Source: a virus
Lineage: Duplodnaviria > Caudoviricetes
Length of the DNA stretch: 38,838 bases
Virus record (IMG/VR): IMGVR_UViG_3300013767_000084
Coordinates: 1-38,838 of that record
Reading direction: 5' to 3' (one strand)
Part shown: positions 15,864 through 24,135 of the stretch, one piece after another
Layout of the letters: every line of letters starts with the position of its first letter
How positions within the stretch are numbered: the stretch's first letter is position 1
Program-made: the position numbers and the translations under genes
Notes under the pieces: model-generated
Databases searched by the model: none
Seen by the model: only the letters and a program-made list of their open reading frames with translations
Told to the model about the DNA's origin: nothing

Positions 15864-15903
15864 CGTTCGTTTCGTTCTGTTTCGTTACGAATGTTATGTT
15901 ATG
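15864..15903. promoter_or_regulatory. Short-period repeat upstream of kfrA, candidate autoregulatory operator
   Basis: CGTT-CGTTT-CGTTC-TGTTT-CGTTA-CGAA-TGTTA-TGTTA, roughly 5-bp period, AT-rich, directly before the kfrA start. Confidence 0.55.
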
Positions 15904-15922
15904 AATTCGGGAAGCGCAAGGA

Positions 15923-16516
15923 CTACCCACCGGCGGCCGGCGGATCGACTACGGCGTCGAGCCGGTCGCGGACGGCGTTGTAGAGGTCGATGCAGGTGTT
16001 GGCGTCGCGGATGCCCCGGTCGCCGTCGCGGGCGAGGGCGTCGAGAGCTGCTGCAGCCTCTGGAGCAAGTTCGGCTCGCGCTTCACCAGGTCCGCCGGCA
16101 GCGGCGGGATCTGCGGGGGCGCCACCGTCACTGGCCGGACAGGCACGGACGGCGAGGGACAGCCGGCGAGTGCCAGCACGATAGGCAGCCAGAGCCGCCG
16201 CAGCCGATGCTTGTTCATCCTCTCGTTCCTTTCTGGCTTTCGCCATGATGTGGTCGACGTCGCTGCGCATGGCAGCCTCAGCCTCCCGATACTGCTTGGC
16301 CTGGCTGGCCTCGCGCAGCGCCGCAGCGGCCAGCTCCTCGGCCTGTGCCCCGCGCAGGCTGGCCAGCTCGCGCTCGTAGCGATTGGCCTGCCAGTGCCAA
16401 GCACCGGGCCCGGCAATCGCACCACCCAGCACCACCCCGATCCCGAACAGCAGGGCATAGCCCTCCCAGCCCGAGAACGCCTCCAGCACCGCCTTAAGTA
16501 GTCTTGCCACGGCCAC
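15923..16516 (-). CDS. Rz-like inner-membrane spanin
   Basis: N-terminal TM, coiled coil, RRLSLAVRAC, RAELAPEAA...GDRGIRDANTCIDLY; follows holin. Confidence 0.85.
   Translation of the reverse strand: MAVARLLKAVLEAFSGWEGYALLFGIGVVLGGAIAGPGAWHWQANRYERELASLRGAQAEELAAAALREASQAKQYREAEAAMRSDVDHIMAKARKEREDEQASAAAALAAYRAGTRRLSLAVRACPASDGGAPADPAAAGGPGEARAELAPEAAAALDALARDGDRGIRDANTCIDLYNAVRDRLDAVVDPPAAGG
15949..16218 (-). CDS. Rz1-like outer-membrane lipoprotein spanin, embedded in Rz
   Basis: MNKHRLRRLWLPIVLALAGC lipobox then Pro-rich sequence, alternative frame inside Rz. Confidence 0.85.
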   Translation of the reverse strand: MNKHRLRRLWLPIVLALAGCPSPSVPVRPVTVAPPQIPPLPADLVKREPNLLQRLQQLSTPSPATATGASATPTPASTSTTPSATGSTP

Positions 16517-16790
16517 CCCCTTGTTTGTTCATCCACCGCTTGAGCCACAGCTCCAGGTACTGGCTGCCGACAATGCCCAGCGCGCAGCCGATGCCGTAGA
16601 GCGCCATCGGCGGCAGGTCCGGGAACTGCGCCAGGCCCACCCCCGCCACCATCGAGGTGGCCGCCCCCAGTAGCGCGCGACCGAGGATCAGCCGCAACGT
16701 GATGGGGTCATTGCTGACCAGCAGCTTGCCGATACCGATGACGGCGCCCATGACCAGCAGCACATACAGCGATTGCTCTTCTTTTTGCAT
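16494..16790 (-). CDS. Holin (P2 gpY-like)
   Basis: 98 aa, about three TM segments, GKLLVSNDPITLRLILGRALLG, basic C-terminus. Confidence 0.85.
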   Translation of the reverse strand: MQKEEQSLYVLLVMGAVIGIGKLLVSNDPITLRLILGRALLGAATSMVAGVGLAQFPDLPPMALYGIGCALGIVGSQYLELWLKRWMNKQGGGRGKTT

Positions 16791-16811
16791 GCGACCCGTT
16801 CCTTGTGGTGG

Positions 16812-17453
16812 TTATGCGTGGAGGAATTGCTGGGCGATGCCCCAGCGCCGACGCCGGTCGACCAGGCCATTGAGGCCGCCATTGATGCGCCGCGTGAGCT
16901 GCTCGAAGTCGCCCCGGTCCGCGAGCTGGTTGCAGCCGTTGGCGTACCAGAACCACGCCGCGGAGCGCGCCGCCAGCGCGTCATCGGTGGCCAGCCGATC
17001 CGGCTGCGCGACCAGGTCGACGCCGAGCGCGTGCCCGCAGGCCTCGTAATTGGCGCAGAACGTGATTTGCTTGAGCCCCCGACCGCGGTAGCGCCACCCG
17101 TCGCCGCTGGCCGCCTCGCCGTTGCCGTAGCGCTTCGCATAGACGATCGCGGCGATCCGCGCCTGGCGCTCGGCCGGCACGCTGCGCTCGCCCGGCTGGC
17201 GGCCGAGCTGCGCGGCGATCGCCGGCGTGAGGCGCTGACCGAACGTCGACACCAGCGCCGGCACCGCGTAATCGAAGGACTCCACCAGTGAGGTAAAGCC
17301 ATTCGATTCATGCCCCACCTGGCCAATCCAGGCAGCGACGCGGTGCGGGGCCACAATGCCAAACTCGAACAACGCCTTGTCCACATGCGGCCACCAGCGC
17401 GCGGCCAGTGCCTCGCTGAGACCTGCGGCTTGTCGAAACACGTCTTGATCCAT
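16812..17453 (-). CDS. Endolysin, glycoside hydrolase family 19
   Basis: AAWIGQVGHESNGF, GDGWRYRGRGLKQIT, AARSAAWFW, TRRINGGLNGLVDR. Confidence 0.93.
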   Translation of the reverse strand: MDQDVFRQAAGLSEALAARWWPHVDKALFEFGIVAPHRVAAWIGQVGHESNGFTSLVESFDYAVPALVSTFGQRLTPAIAAQLGRQPGERSVPAERQARIAAIVYAKRYGNGEAASGDGWRYRGRGLKQITFCANYEACGHALGVDLVAQPDRLATDDALAARSAAWFWYANGCNQLADRGDFEQLTRRINGGLNGLVDRRRRWGIAQQFLHA

Positions 17454-17464
17454 GCCACCTCCAA

Positions 17465-17514
17465 ATGAAAAAGCCCGCGCAGGGCGGGCATGAAAAAGCC
17501 CGCACGGGGCGGGC
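17465..17514 (-). terminator. Tandem pair of intrinsic terminators (imperfect 25-bp duplication)
   Basis: ATGAAAAAGCCCGCGCAGGGCGGGC followed by ATGAAAAAGCCCGCACGGGGCGGGC; each a GCCCGC hairpin plus U-tract on the minus strand. Confidence 0.8.
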
Positions 17515-17535
17515 TGATTGACAGTTGAATCGGGA

Positions 17536-18651
17536 CTACGCGGCGCGCGGCGCCGGCGGCGGCTCAGGGGGCGCGAGCACCGCCTTTAACCGGAGGACCG
17601 GGGCCTCCAGCAGGCGCCAGGACAGCCACGCCATCGCCAGCGCCCCGGCGAGGGACACGCCGACCCCCAGCACTGAGGCCCACGCCGGCACAGCGCCAGG
17701 GAAGAGCGCCTTCGCCCGCTCCACCTTCGAGAGATCGGGTACGAACGGGTGGAACAGGTAGAAGCCATAGCTGATGCGACCGATGCCGGCTAGCCACCCG
17801 GTCTCCAGCCAGCGGATCAGCCCCGTTTCGCCGTTCGCCGCGATCCAGCACACCAGCCCGGCCACGCACACGCCATAGGTGACGCGAACCAGCGCCGAGA
17901 GCATCGGATCCACCGACGCCTGCCATGCCACCTCGTTGGCGCAGAAGAGCGCGACGCCACTGAGCAACGCCACCAGGACGAGCGGATGTTGCAGCGCTCG
18001 ACGGCCGCCCAGGCCCTGCGGCGCGCACAGACAGTAGCCCAGCCCGCCCAGACCGAGCAGCCAGAAGTTGGTGAGCGGGTGGGTATAGATCAGGATCTCC
18101 CTGGCCCCGGCCACCTTGAAGCCAAAGACCGCGACGACGCCCACCGCCACCACCGCCAGGCAGACCTGCCAATGCCGCCGCGCGGGCACCGCGAGCAGCA
18201 GCGGCGCGAAGAACAGATAGAACTGCTCCTCGATGGAAAGGCTCCAGAAATGCGAGAACACCCCCGCCCACTCCTGCCGCACATAGGCAATCCATAGATT
18301 CGACAGGTAGGCGAAGTGATAGGGCAGTCCCCCGGCAAACTCACGCTTGAGCGCACCGATCGCCACCAGGATCGACAGCGCCACCAGCAGCAGGTAATAC
18401 ACCGGGAAGATTCGCACCGTCCGGCGAACCAGAAAGGTCTTGAGCTCCCCGCCGAAGCCACCACCGCGCACCTCGATGCGCCGGCGCTGCCCCATCAGGA
18501 TGCCGGTGATCAGATACCCACTCAGCGCAAAGAAGAGCCACACCCCCAGCTGGCCCACGCCGCCACCTGGCACCGTCACGCGGTGGTGCAGGAAGACCAG
18601 CAGTACGGCGATGGCCCGCAGGCCATCAAAGCCCCGGATTCGATCTGTCAT
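17536..18651 (-). CDS. Acyltransferase family 3 (OafA-like membrane O-acyltransferase) 1
   Basis: FDGLRAIAVLLVFLHH, GVWLFFALSGYLI, RRTVRIFP, HFWSLSIEEQFY, GRISYGFYLFH; multi-TM; start uncertain (ORF open to 18693). Confidence 0.93.
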   Translation of the reverse strand: MTDRIRGFDGLRAIAVLLVFLHHRVTVPGGGVGQLGVWLFFALSGYLITGILMGQRRRIEVRGGGFGGELKTFLVRRTVRIFPVYYLLLVALSILVAIGALKREFAGGLPYHFAYLSNLWIAYVRQEWAGVFSHFWSLSIEEQFYLFFAPLLLAVPARRHWQVCLAVVAVGVVAVFGFKVAGAREILIYTHPLTNFWLLGLGGLGYCLCAPQGLGGRRALQHPLVLVALLSGVALFCANEVAWQASVDPMLSALVRVTYGVCVAGLVCWIAANGETGLIRWLETGWLAGIGRISYGFYLFHPFVPDLSKVERAKALFPGAVPAWASVLGVGVSLAGALAMAWLSWRLLEAPVLRLKAVLAPPEPPPAPRAA

Positions 18652-18815
18652 TGGCAATGACTCGGCTCCCATAAACGTCGACGGATTATGCAAAATCTGC
18701 CGAATCTGGCCCGCTCCTGGCTCGCGGGTAAAATGCCAAAATTGTTGTAATCATCAAAAACGCAAGGTGCCGCCTCACGACCGCCCGCACCGCGCATCCC
18801 GCCAGAGGACTCCTC

Positions 18816-19952
18816 ATGCTTTCGCTACGACGCTTCGCCAGCCTCTCCGCCGACCACTCGTCCTTCATTGCCGCCTGCCGAGGCGCCGCCGCACTGATCG
18901 TGCTGCTGGCCCACCTGCAGCAGGTCTTCCTCGCCCCGTTCTGGACCGGCTCGTATGCCTACTGGCTGCTGGTGGCGCAGTTCTCCGTGATGGTCTTCTT
19001 CGTGCTCAGCGGCTTCCTGATCGGTAAGTCGATCACCAAGAAGACCGCCTCCGGCCAGTTCTCGCTGGTCGCCTACGGCGCGGACCGCGCGTGGCGGATC
19101 CTGCCGCCGCTGGCGCTGGCCTTCGTCGTGATGCTGGGGCTCGCCCCGCTGGCGCCGCACACGTTCCCCAGCGGCACCCCCGCTTTCCTGCCGACCAGCG
19201 GCTATGTGGTCGTCCGGGAATTCACGGTGCAGGCCCGCGAGTTCCTGACCGCCGCCCTGTTCCTGAACGGGTTCTTCGGGTCGAGCCCGTTGATCAATGG
19301 CCCACTGTGGAGCCTGTCGTTCGAGGTGTGGCTGTACGTCATTGCGGCGCTGGTCGTCGCCGGGCGCACCTCGCGGCTCAGCCTGGCTGGCGTGGCGATC
19401 CTGTTCGTCGTGCTGTCCGTGCGCAACCACAACTTCGCGGCCTACGGCATCGTGTGGGCCTCCGGCTTCGTGCTGTGCCTGCTGCATAACAACCAGCGCC
19501 TTGGCGGCTGGATCCGCACGGCACTGACCGGGCTGGCCCCGGTAGCACTGGCCTGCGCGCTGCTGCTGGCCTGGCAGTACGTCGCCCAGGTCGCCCGCTT
19601 CCCCGATCCGCGCTCGGCCGACTACCGCTACGTGATTGCCTTCAACGTCTTCATCGGCCTGGCGTTCTGCGGCCTGCTCGGCCTGCTGCTGGACCGACGC
19701 GCGCCGACCCTGCGCTGGCTGACGGGCAGTGCCGACTACTCGTACACCCTGTACATCGTTCACTACCCGATCCTGCTGTTCACATTCGGCGCCTTCCAGC
19801 CGGCCATGCAGGCATCGATGGGCACGCTGGCGGCGATCAGCCTGGTGACGCTGGCCGGGATCGTGCTTTTCGCGCGCACGGCCGCCCGAGTCGTGGAACA
19901 CCGCCCGACCCTGCTGCGCCTGTTCGGCGTGGCCACCCAGGCCCGCGCATGA
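18816..19952 (+). CDS. Acyltransferase family 3 membrane O-acyltransferase 2
   Basis: RGAAALIVLLAH, VMVFFVLSGFLI, DRAWRILPP, NGPLWSLSFEVWLY, SYTLYIVHYP. Confidence 0.92.
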   Translation: MLSLRRFASLSADHSSFIAACRGAAALIVLLAHLQQVFLAPFWTGSYAYWLLVAQFSVMVFFVLSGFLIGKSITKKTASGQFSLVAYGADRAWRILPPLALAFVVMLGLAPLAPHTFPSGTPAFLPTSGYVVVREFTVQAREFLTAALFLNGFFGSSPLINGPLWSLSFEVWLYVIAALVVAGRTSRLSLAGVAILFVVLSVRNHNFAAYGIVWASGFVLCLLHNNQRLGGWIRTALTGLAPVALACALLLAWQYVAQVARFPDPRSADYRYVIAFNVFIGLAFCGLLGLLLDRRAPTLRWLTGSADYSYTLYIVHYPILLFTFGAFQPAMQASMGTLAAISLVTLAGIVLFARTAARVVEHRPTLLRLFGVATQARA

Positions 19953-20644
19953 GCCGCCGGCCCAGGCTGGCGGCCTGGTGCTTCGCCGCGGCGCTGATGC
20001 CACTGGTGGTGAGCTGCCCGCGCGCAGCAGGCCCCATCGAGGTGATCGAGCGCCCGCTCTACCGCCAGGGACTCGCCGAACACCTGCGGACCGACCCGGG
20101 CGTGCCGCCCGGCGCCGTGCTGCTGATCGGTGACAGCATCGTCCACAACATCCCGGCCGACCTGACGCCCTGCCCGCACTGCGTCAACTACGGCATCGTC
20201 GGCGACACGACCGCCGGCATGCGCGCACGCCTGCCGCGTTACGCGTCCCTGCCGCAGGCGACGACGGTGGTCCTCGAAGGCGGCATCAATGACCTGCCGT
20301 TCGGGCGCGGCTTCGATACCCAGATCGTCGACAACTACCGGGCGATGCTGCAGGCCATCCCGACTACCGCCCGCGTGCTGCTGGTCGGGATCCTGCCGGT
20401 CGACGAAACGGCCCCATTCACCCGCCCGGGCTGGACCGCCCGCATCGCCCACATTAACCAGGCACTGACCGCACTTTGCCTGGCACAACAGCACTGCACG
20501 CGCGTGGAGGCCCATGCGCTACTGGCCGCCGAGGACGGCAACCTGCGCCCCGACTTCCATGGCCGCGACGACGGCGTCCACCTGAGCCGCAGCGGCTACG
20601 CCGCCTGGCTCCCGGTATTGCACGCGGCGCTCGCGGAACGCTGA
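19949..20644 (+). CDS. SGNH/GDSL-family protein, exported (possible lipoprotein)
   Basis: LIGDSI, NYGIVGDTT, EGGINDL, DGVHLS blocks; hydrophobic N-terminus ending LVVSC; ATGA overlap with acyltransferase 2. Confidence 0.9.
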   Translation: MSRRPRLAAWCFAAALMPLVVSCPRAAGPIEVIERPLYRQGLAEHLRTDPGVPPGAVLLIGDSIVHNIPADLTPCPHCVNYGIVGDTTAGMRARLPRYASLPQATTVVLEGGINDLPFGRGFDTQIVDNYRAMLQAIPTTARVLLVGILPVDETAPFTRPGWTARIAHINQALTALCLAQQHCTRVEAHALLAAEDGNLRPDFHGRDDGVHLSRSGYAAWLPVLHAALAER

Positions 20645-20830
20645 TCAGGCGGGCGCCTCGTAGTGCAGGCAGTACTCGATGCCCGCCATGGTCAGCAGCC
20701 GATTGACGACCGGCTCCACGTCCGGCTCGGCCTCAAACTGTGCCGCCTCACCTTCCGCTGCGACGAAGTCGGCGCCCTCGCCCGCGAACGCCCCAAAGAA
20801 GCCATTTTTCGTTGAAATCACGAACGCCAT
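20645..20830 (-). CDS. Small acidic protein after the tailspike (possible chaperone)
   Basis: 61 aa, GGAGG RBS, directly downstream of the tailspike. Confidence 0.6.
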   Translation of the reverse strand: MAFVISTKNGFFGAFAGEGADFVAAEGEAAQFEAEPDVEPVVNRLLTMAGIEYCLHYEAPA

Positions 20831-20842
20831 CTCTACCCTCCA

Positions 20843-23254
20843 TTAGCCGATATTGACCTGGACATTGATGCCGTTGGCACCTGTCCCCGCCGTGTTGTAC
20901 TTGAGCTTGACCGTGATCTGCGTCGACGTCACCGCCGACACGTAGGCGTACTCGAGCACACCAGGCGTCACCGAGGTACCCGGCCGCAGGCTCACCACGC
21001 AATCGCTGATGTTCGGCGTGCGCACGATGGCATGGTTGATCGTGATGGTCTGCTCGGTCGTGATCGTGGCATTCCCCGCCCCGGTGATGACCTGCTTGGC
21101 GTAGGCGATCGCGCCATTGGTCGCGCGACTGACGATATCGATCAACCGCCACTGGTTGGGTGACATGCTGTCCAGGTTCTCGAACTGGGTCGACCCGCTC
21201 GTGTAGCCGCCGTTGTTGATCCGCACGAAACCGGCCAGGCCTGCCACCGTTTGCTGGTTGCGCCAGCAGCGCGGATTGCTGTCGGACAGTATCTCCACGT
21301 TGCAGCCATACGCCCCCTGCTCATGCACCAGGGCCGCGGACGTTCCGCCCAGGCCACTCACCGAGGCCCGCGCGCTGTTCTGATGCCCGCGCACCGTGAC
21401 TCCATCGCCGGTCTGCCCGCGCCCGAAGATCACGCCATTGTCGACCCGGTTGTTGATCCCATCGAGCAACAGAGAGGTCGCGCCATTGGCAGTGAAGTCG
21501 CTTGTCGCTGCCCGGTAGTCCTCCCACGAGGCGATGGAGCCGCCACGATCCGAGCGCACCAGCAGTGATGGGAACACGCCCGGCCCACCCCCCAGGCCTG
21601 CTACGTGCGTATCCACGCGTGCGATCTGGTAGCGCACATGCCCGCCGATGCGCACGTTCCCCCAGCCGGATTCGCCCATGATGAACTCACCCTTGACGCG
21701 GGGGAAGCCATTGCTGGTGTTGCGGAAATTATGGTTCCAGCCGTGGTAGTTGTTGAAGCTATGCAGGAAGCCGAGCTCGGCCCCATCGTCGTTGAAGACG
21801 ATGCCGTCGATCGTGTCATCGACGTACGCGACCGCCGTCGCCCCCGTGCCATCCCCGGTGATCGTGATCGTGGTCGAGGCGCGGTCGTAGTCATAGCCTT
21901 CGGTGTTCACCAGGATGCGCGTGATGACGCCGCCGGCGATGACCGCCTCGGCCGTTGCCCCGCTCCCCGCGCCGCCCACCGTCACCGTGGCTGTCGTGTA
22001 GCCCGCGCCCCCATTGGTCACACGTGCCGCGACCAGGCCACCAGTAGTGAATTTCAGCGACTTCTTGGCCGAGTTGTAGGTGATATCGGTGAGGCTGTTG
22101 GCCGGCCAGCCGCAGAAGATCGAGCGCACCTTCAGGTCGCTAGGCCCCTCGAAGATGAAGCCCTCGTACATCGTGTCATTGAAAGACAGCTTGTCGATGT
22201 AGCCTTCCTTGATGTCGGTATCGAAGTTCGGCGCAAAAACGTACCCACCCGGAAACACGCGGCCATTGGCCGGATAGGCACTGATGCCGCCAATGCCGGA
22301 GATATGCTGCACGCGTACGTTATCAATCACCGGGCTCATCCAGTAGCAGCGAAAGCCCAGGCCCTTGCGCCAGTCCGTCACGGCGGGCACGTTGGCCTTG
22401 TTGCCGTTCAGGCACAGGTTCTTGAAGCCGGCGTTGATCGTCACCCCGTTCAGGTAGGACCCCGGCTTGCTGACATACTGCGTCTCGAAGTTCGCCGTCT
22501 GGATCTGCGCGTCGATGGCCACACCGGCGGCCACACGGATCTCGCCCTGCGGACCCGACCCCGGGCCGACGATCACCACCCCGCTCTGCAGCACGATGGG
22601 CGTCTGCTGGTTGTAGTGCGGGCTGCGAAAGCGCACCTCGCCCACGCCCAGCGCGACCGCCGCCGCGATCGCATCGTTCATCGCGGCACCGGCCTCGCGA
22701 GTCGGCCACCCATAGTCCTCGGCGTCGACCCAACGGCGCAGCTTCTGTTGCGCGTTCTGCGCGACCGCGCCCGCGCCGAACTGGCTGAACGTGACCGCAC
22801 TGGCATCGGCCGCCGCGAACGCCGCCCGCCAGGCTCCGCCGAGGAACAGTCGCACCTGCGCCAGCGTGGTGTTGCCGTATGCATCACCTTCATTCACCGC
22901 ACCACCGAGCGGATCCGTGGCCGGATCGGCCGCCAGCGCCCCATACCAGCGTCCGCGGAAATCACTCAGCGACGCGGCCGCCGCATCCCGCGAACTGGCG
23001 GCCTCCCCCGCGCTGGTGGCCGCAGCCTCCTCGAAACCGGCGGCTGCATCCCGCGACGCCGCCGTATCATTGCGGTACCCGAGCACCGTCGCCGCAGTGC
23101 CCCGGCACCACGCCGCCACCTTCAGGAACTGCTGCAGCGCGAGCACGAAGCGCAGGCGGTGGCCACCATTACCCAGCCCGGTGGAAGGGTTGTCGGTATC
23201 GTCGATGGTGACGTTGTCGCCGCCGAGTTCCGGCGGAAAATTCACAATGGTCAT
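20843..23254 (-). CDS. Tailspike / receptor-binding protein with beta-helix (pectate-lyase-like) depolymerase region
   Basis: N-terminal anchor and Ala-rich stalk, GAGAVAQNAQQKLRRWVDAEDYG neck, IVLQSGVVIVG and FKNLCLNGNK beta-helix motifs, Gly/Asn/Thr-rich; last tail gene. Confidence 0.82.
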   Translation of the reverse strand: MTIVNFPPELGGDNVTIDDTDNPSTGLGNGGHRLRFVLALQQFLKVAAWCRGTAATVLGYRNDTAASRDAAAGFEEAAATSAGEAASSRDAAAASLSDFRGRWYGALAADPATDPLGGAVNEGDAYGNTTLAQVRLFLGGAWRAAFAAADASAVTFSQFGAGAVAQNAQQKLRRWVDAEDYGWPTREAGAAMNDAIAAAVALGVGEVRFRSPHYNQQTPIVLQSGVVIVGPGSGPQGEIRVAAGVAIDAQIQTANFETQYVSKPGSYLNGVTINAGFKNLCLNGNKANVPAVTDWRKGLGFRCYWMSPVIDNVRVQHISGIGGISAYPANGRVFPGGYVFAPNFDTDIKEGYIDKLSFNDTMYEGFIFEGPSDLKVRSIFCGWPANSLTDITYNSAKKSLKFTTGGLVAARVTNGGAGYTTATVTVGGAGSGATAEAVIAGGVITRILVNTEGYDYDRASTTITITGDGTGATAVAYVDDTIDGIVFNDDGAELGFLHSFNNYHGWNHNFRNTSNGFPRVKGEFIMGESGWGNVRIGGHVRYQIARVDTHVAGLGGGPGVFPSLLVRSDRGGSIASWEDYRAATSDFTANGATSLLLDGINNRVDNGVIFGRGQTGDGVTVRGHQNSARASVSGLGGTSAALVHEQGAYGCNVEILSDSNPRCWRNQQTVAGLAGFVRINNGGYTSGSTQFENLDSMSPNQWRLIDIVSRATNGAIAYAKQVITGAGNATITTEQTITINHAIVRTPNISDCVVSLRPGTSVTPGVLEYAYVSAVTSTQITVKLKYNTAGTGANGINVQVNIG

Positions 23255-24135
23255 TAAGTCAGCTCCTCGATTTCAAAGGGTGCGCTGTGGGTGTTGAAGT
23301 AGGCCTGCGTGATCGGGCTGAGCTGACGCAGATGTCCCAGGTAGGAGCGACGGAGCCGGTTGAGCATGTCATCCTGATTCCAGACGAGGAGGATCTCGCC
23401 ATCGAGGCCCGCGCGGCGCTGCAGCTCGAACACGCCGGCCATGGCCTCGTCGCGCGACAGCACGTTCAGCTCAAAGCGCGTGACGCGGCGGCCCGCCTTG
23501 CGGTCGAAGTACGGCGTGCCCGACAAGGCGCGCTGGACGGCGGTGTCCGTTTCCCAGCCAATGCTGGCGCCGGTGCTCGCGTTGTATTGCGGCCGCCAGG
23601 CACGACCCACGAACAACCGCCCCAGCTCGACATATCCGTCCGGGTTCGCCTCGTCCTCGATCTCGATGCGGACATAGCGCCCAGCGGTGAGCCGAGGCAA
23701 GACGATCAGCAGGATCGATGGATACACCCGCCGCTCCTCTTCGCTGACCGTACCGGTCCAGAAGTTGTCGTCTTCCCACTCGAGCGTGTCGATCGGGTAG
23801 ATCGTTGGCCACGCCAGCGGCAGCACCGGGCTCGCGCCAGGCGGCAGATCCAGCGCGCTGTCATAGACCGGGCTGGTGAAGGCCGCGTCGGACGCCACCC
23901 GCAGGCGCCAGACCGCCGCCGTCGACAGGTTGTGGCGTACCACCGCCACCACCGACATCGAGGCCGAGCGGCCGAGATCCAGCGTGAACTGGGTGTCGGC
24001 CTTGGCGGCCGTCGTGCTGCGCGCCAGCCGCGTCAGGCGTCGATCCTGAAGATTGGCCAACGGCGCCTGCCAGGCCCCGCCGGACAATGCGCCGCCATCG
24101 ACGATGTTTGGATGCGCCAGAAGTACGTTTGCCAT
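23254..24135 (-). CDS. Minor tail/tail-tip protein
   Basis: Position between hub and tailspike; RYVRIEI..NPDGYVELGRLFVG. Confidence 0.75.
   Translation of the reverse strand: MANVLLAHPNIVDGGALSGGAWQAPLANLQDRRLTRLARSTTAAKADTQFTLDLGRSASMSVVAVVRHNLSTAAVWRLRVASDAAFTSPVYDSALDLPPGASPVLPLAWPTIYPIDTLEWEDDNFWTGTVSEEERRVYPSILLIVLPRLTAGRYVRIEIEDEANPDGYVELGRLFVGRAWRPQYNASTGASIGWETDTAVQRALSGTPYFDRKAGRRVTRFELNVLSRDEAMAGVFELQRRAGLDGEILLVWNQDDMLNRLRRSYLGHLRQLSPITQAYFNTHSAPFEIEELT

Noticed and set aside
15877-15904. Second dif-like site (TTATGTTATGA)
   Set aside because: No XerC-like arm ending ATAA at the right spacing; part of the repeat upstream of kfrA
20843-23254. Diversity-generating retroelement or invertible tail-fibre system
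   Set aside because: No reverse transcriptase, invertase or duplicated template region seen
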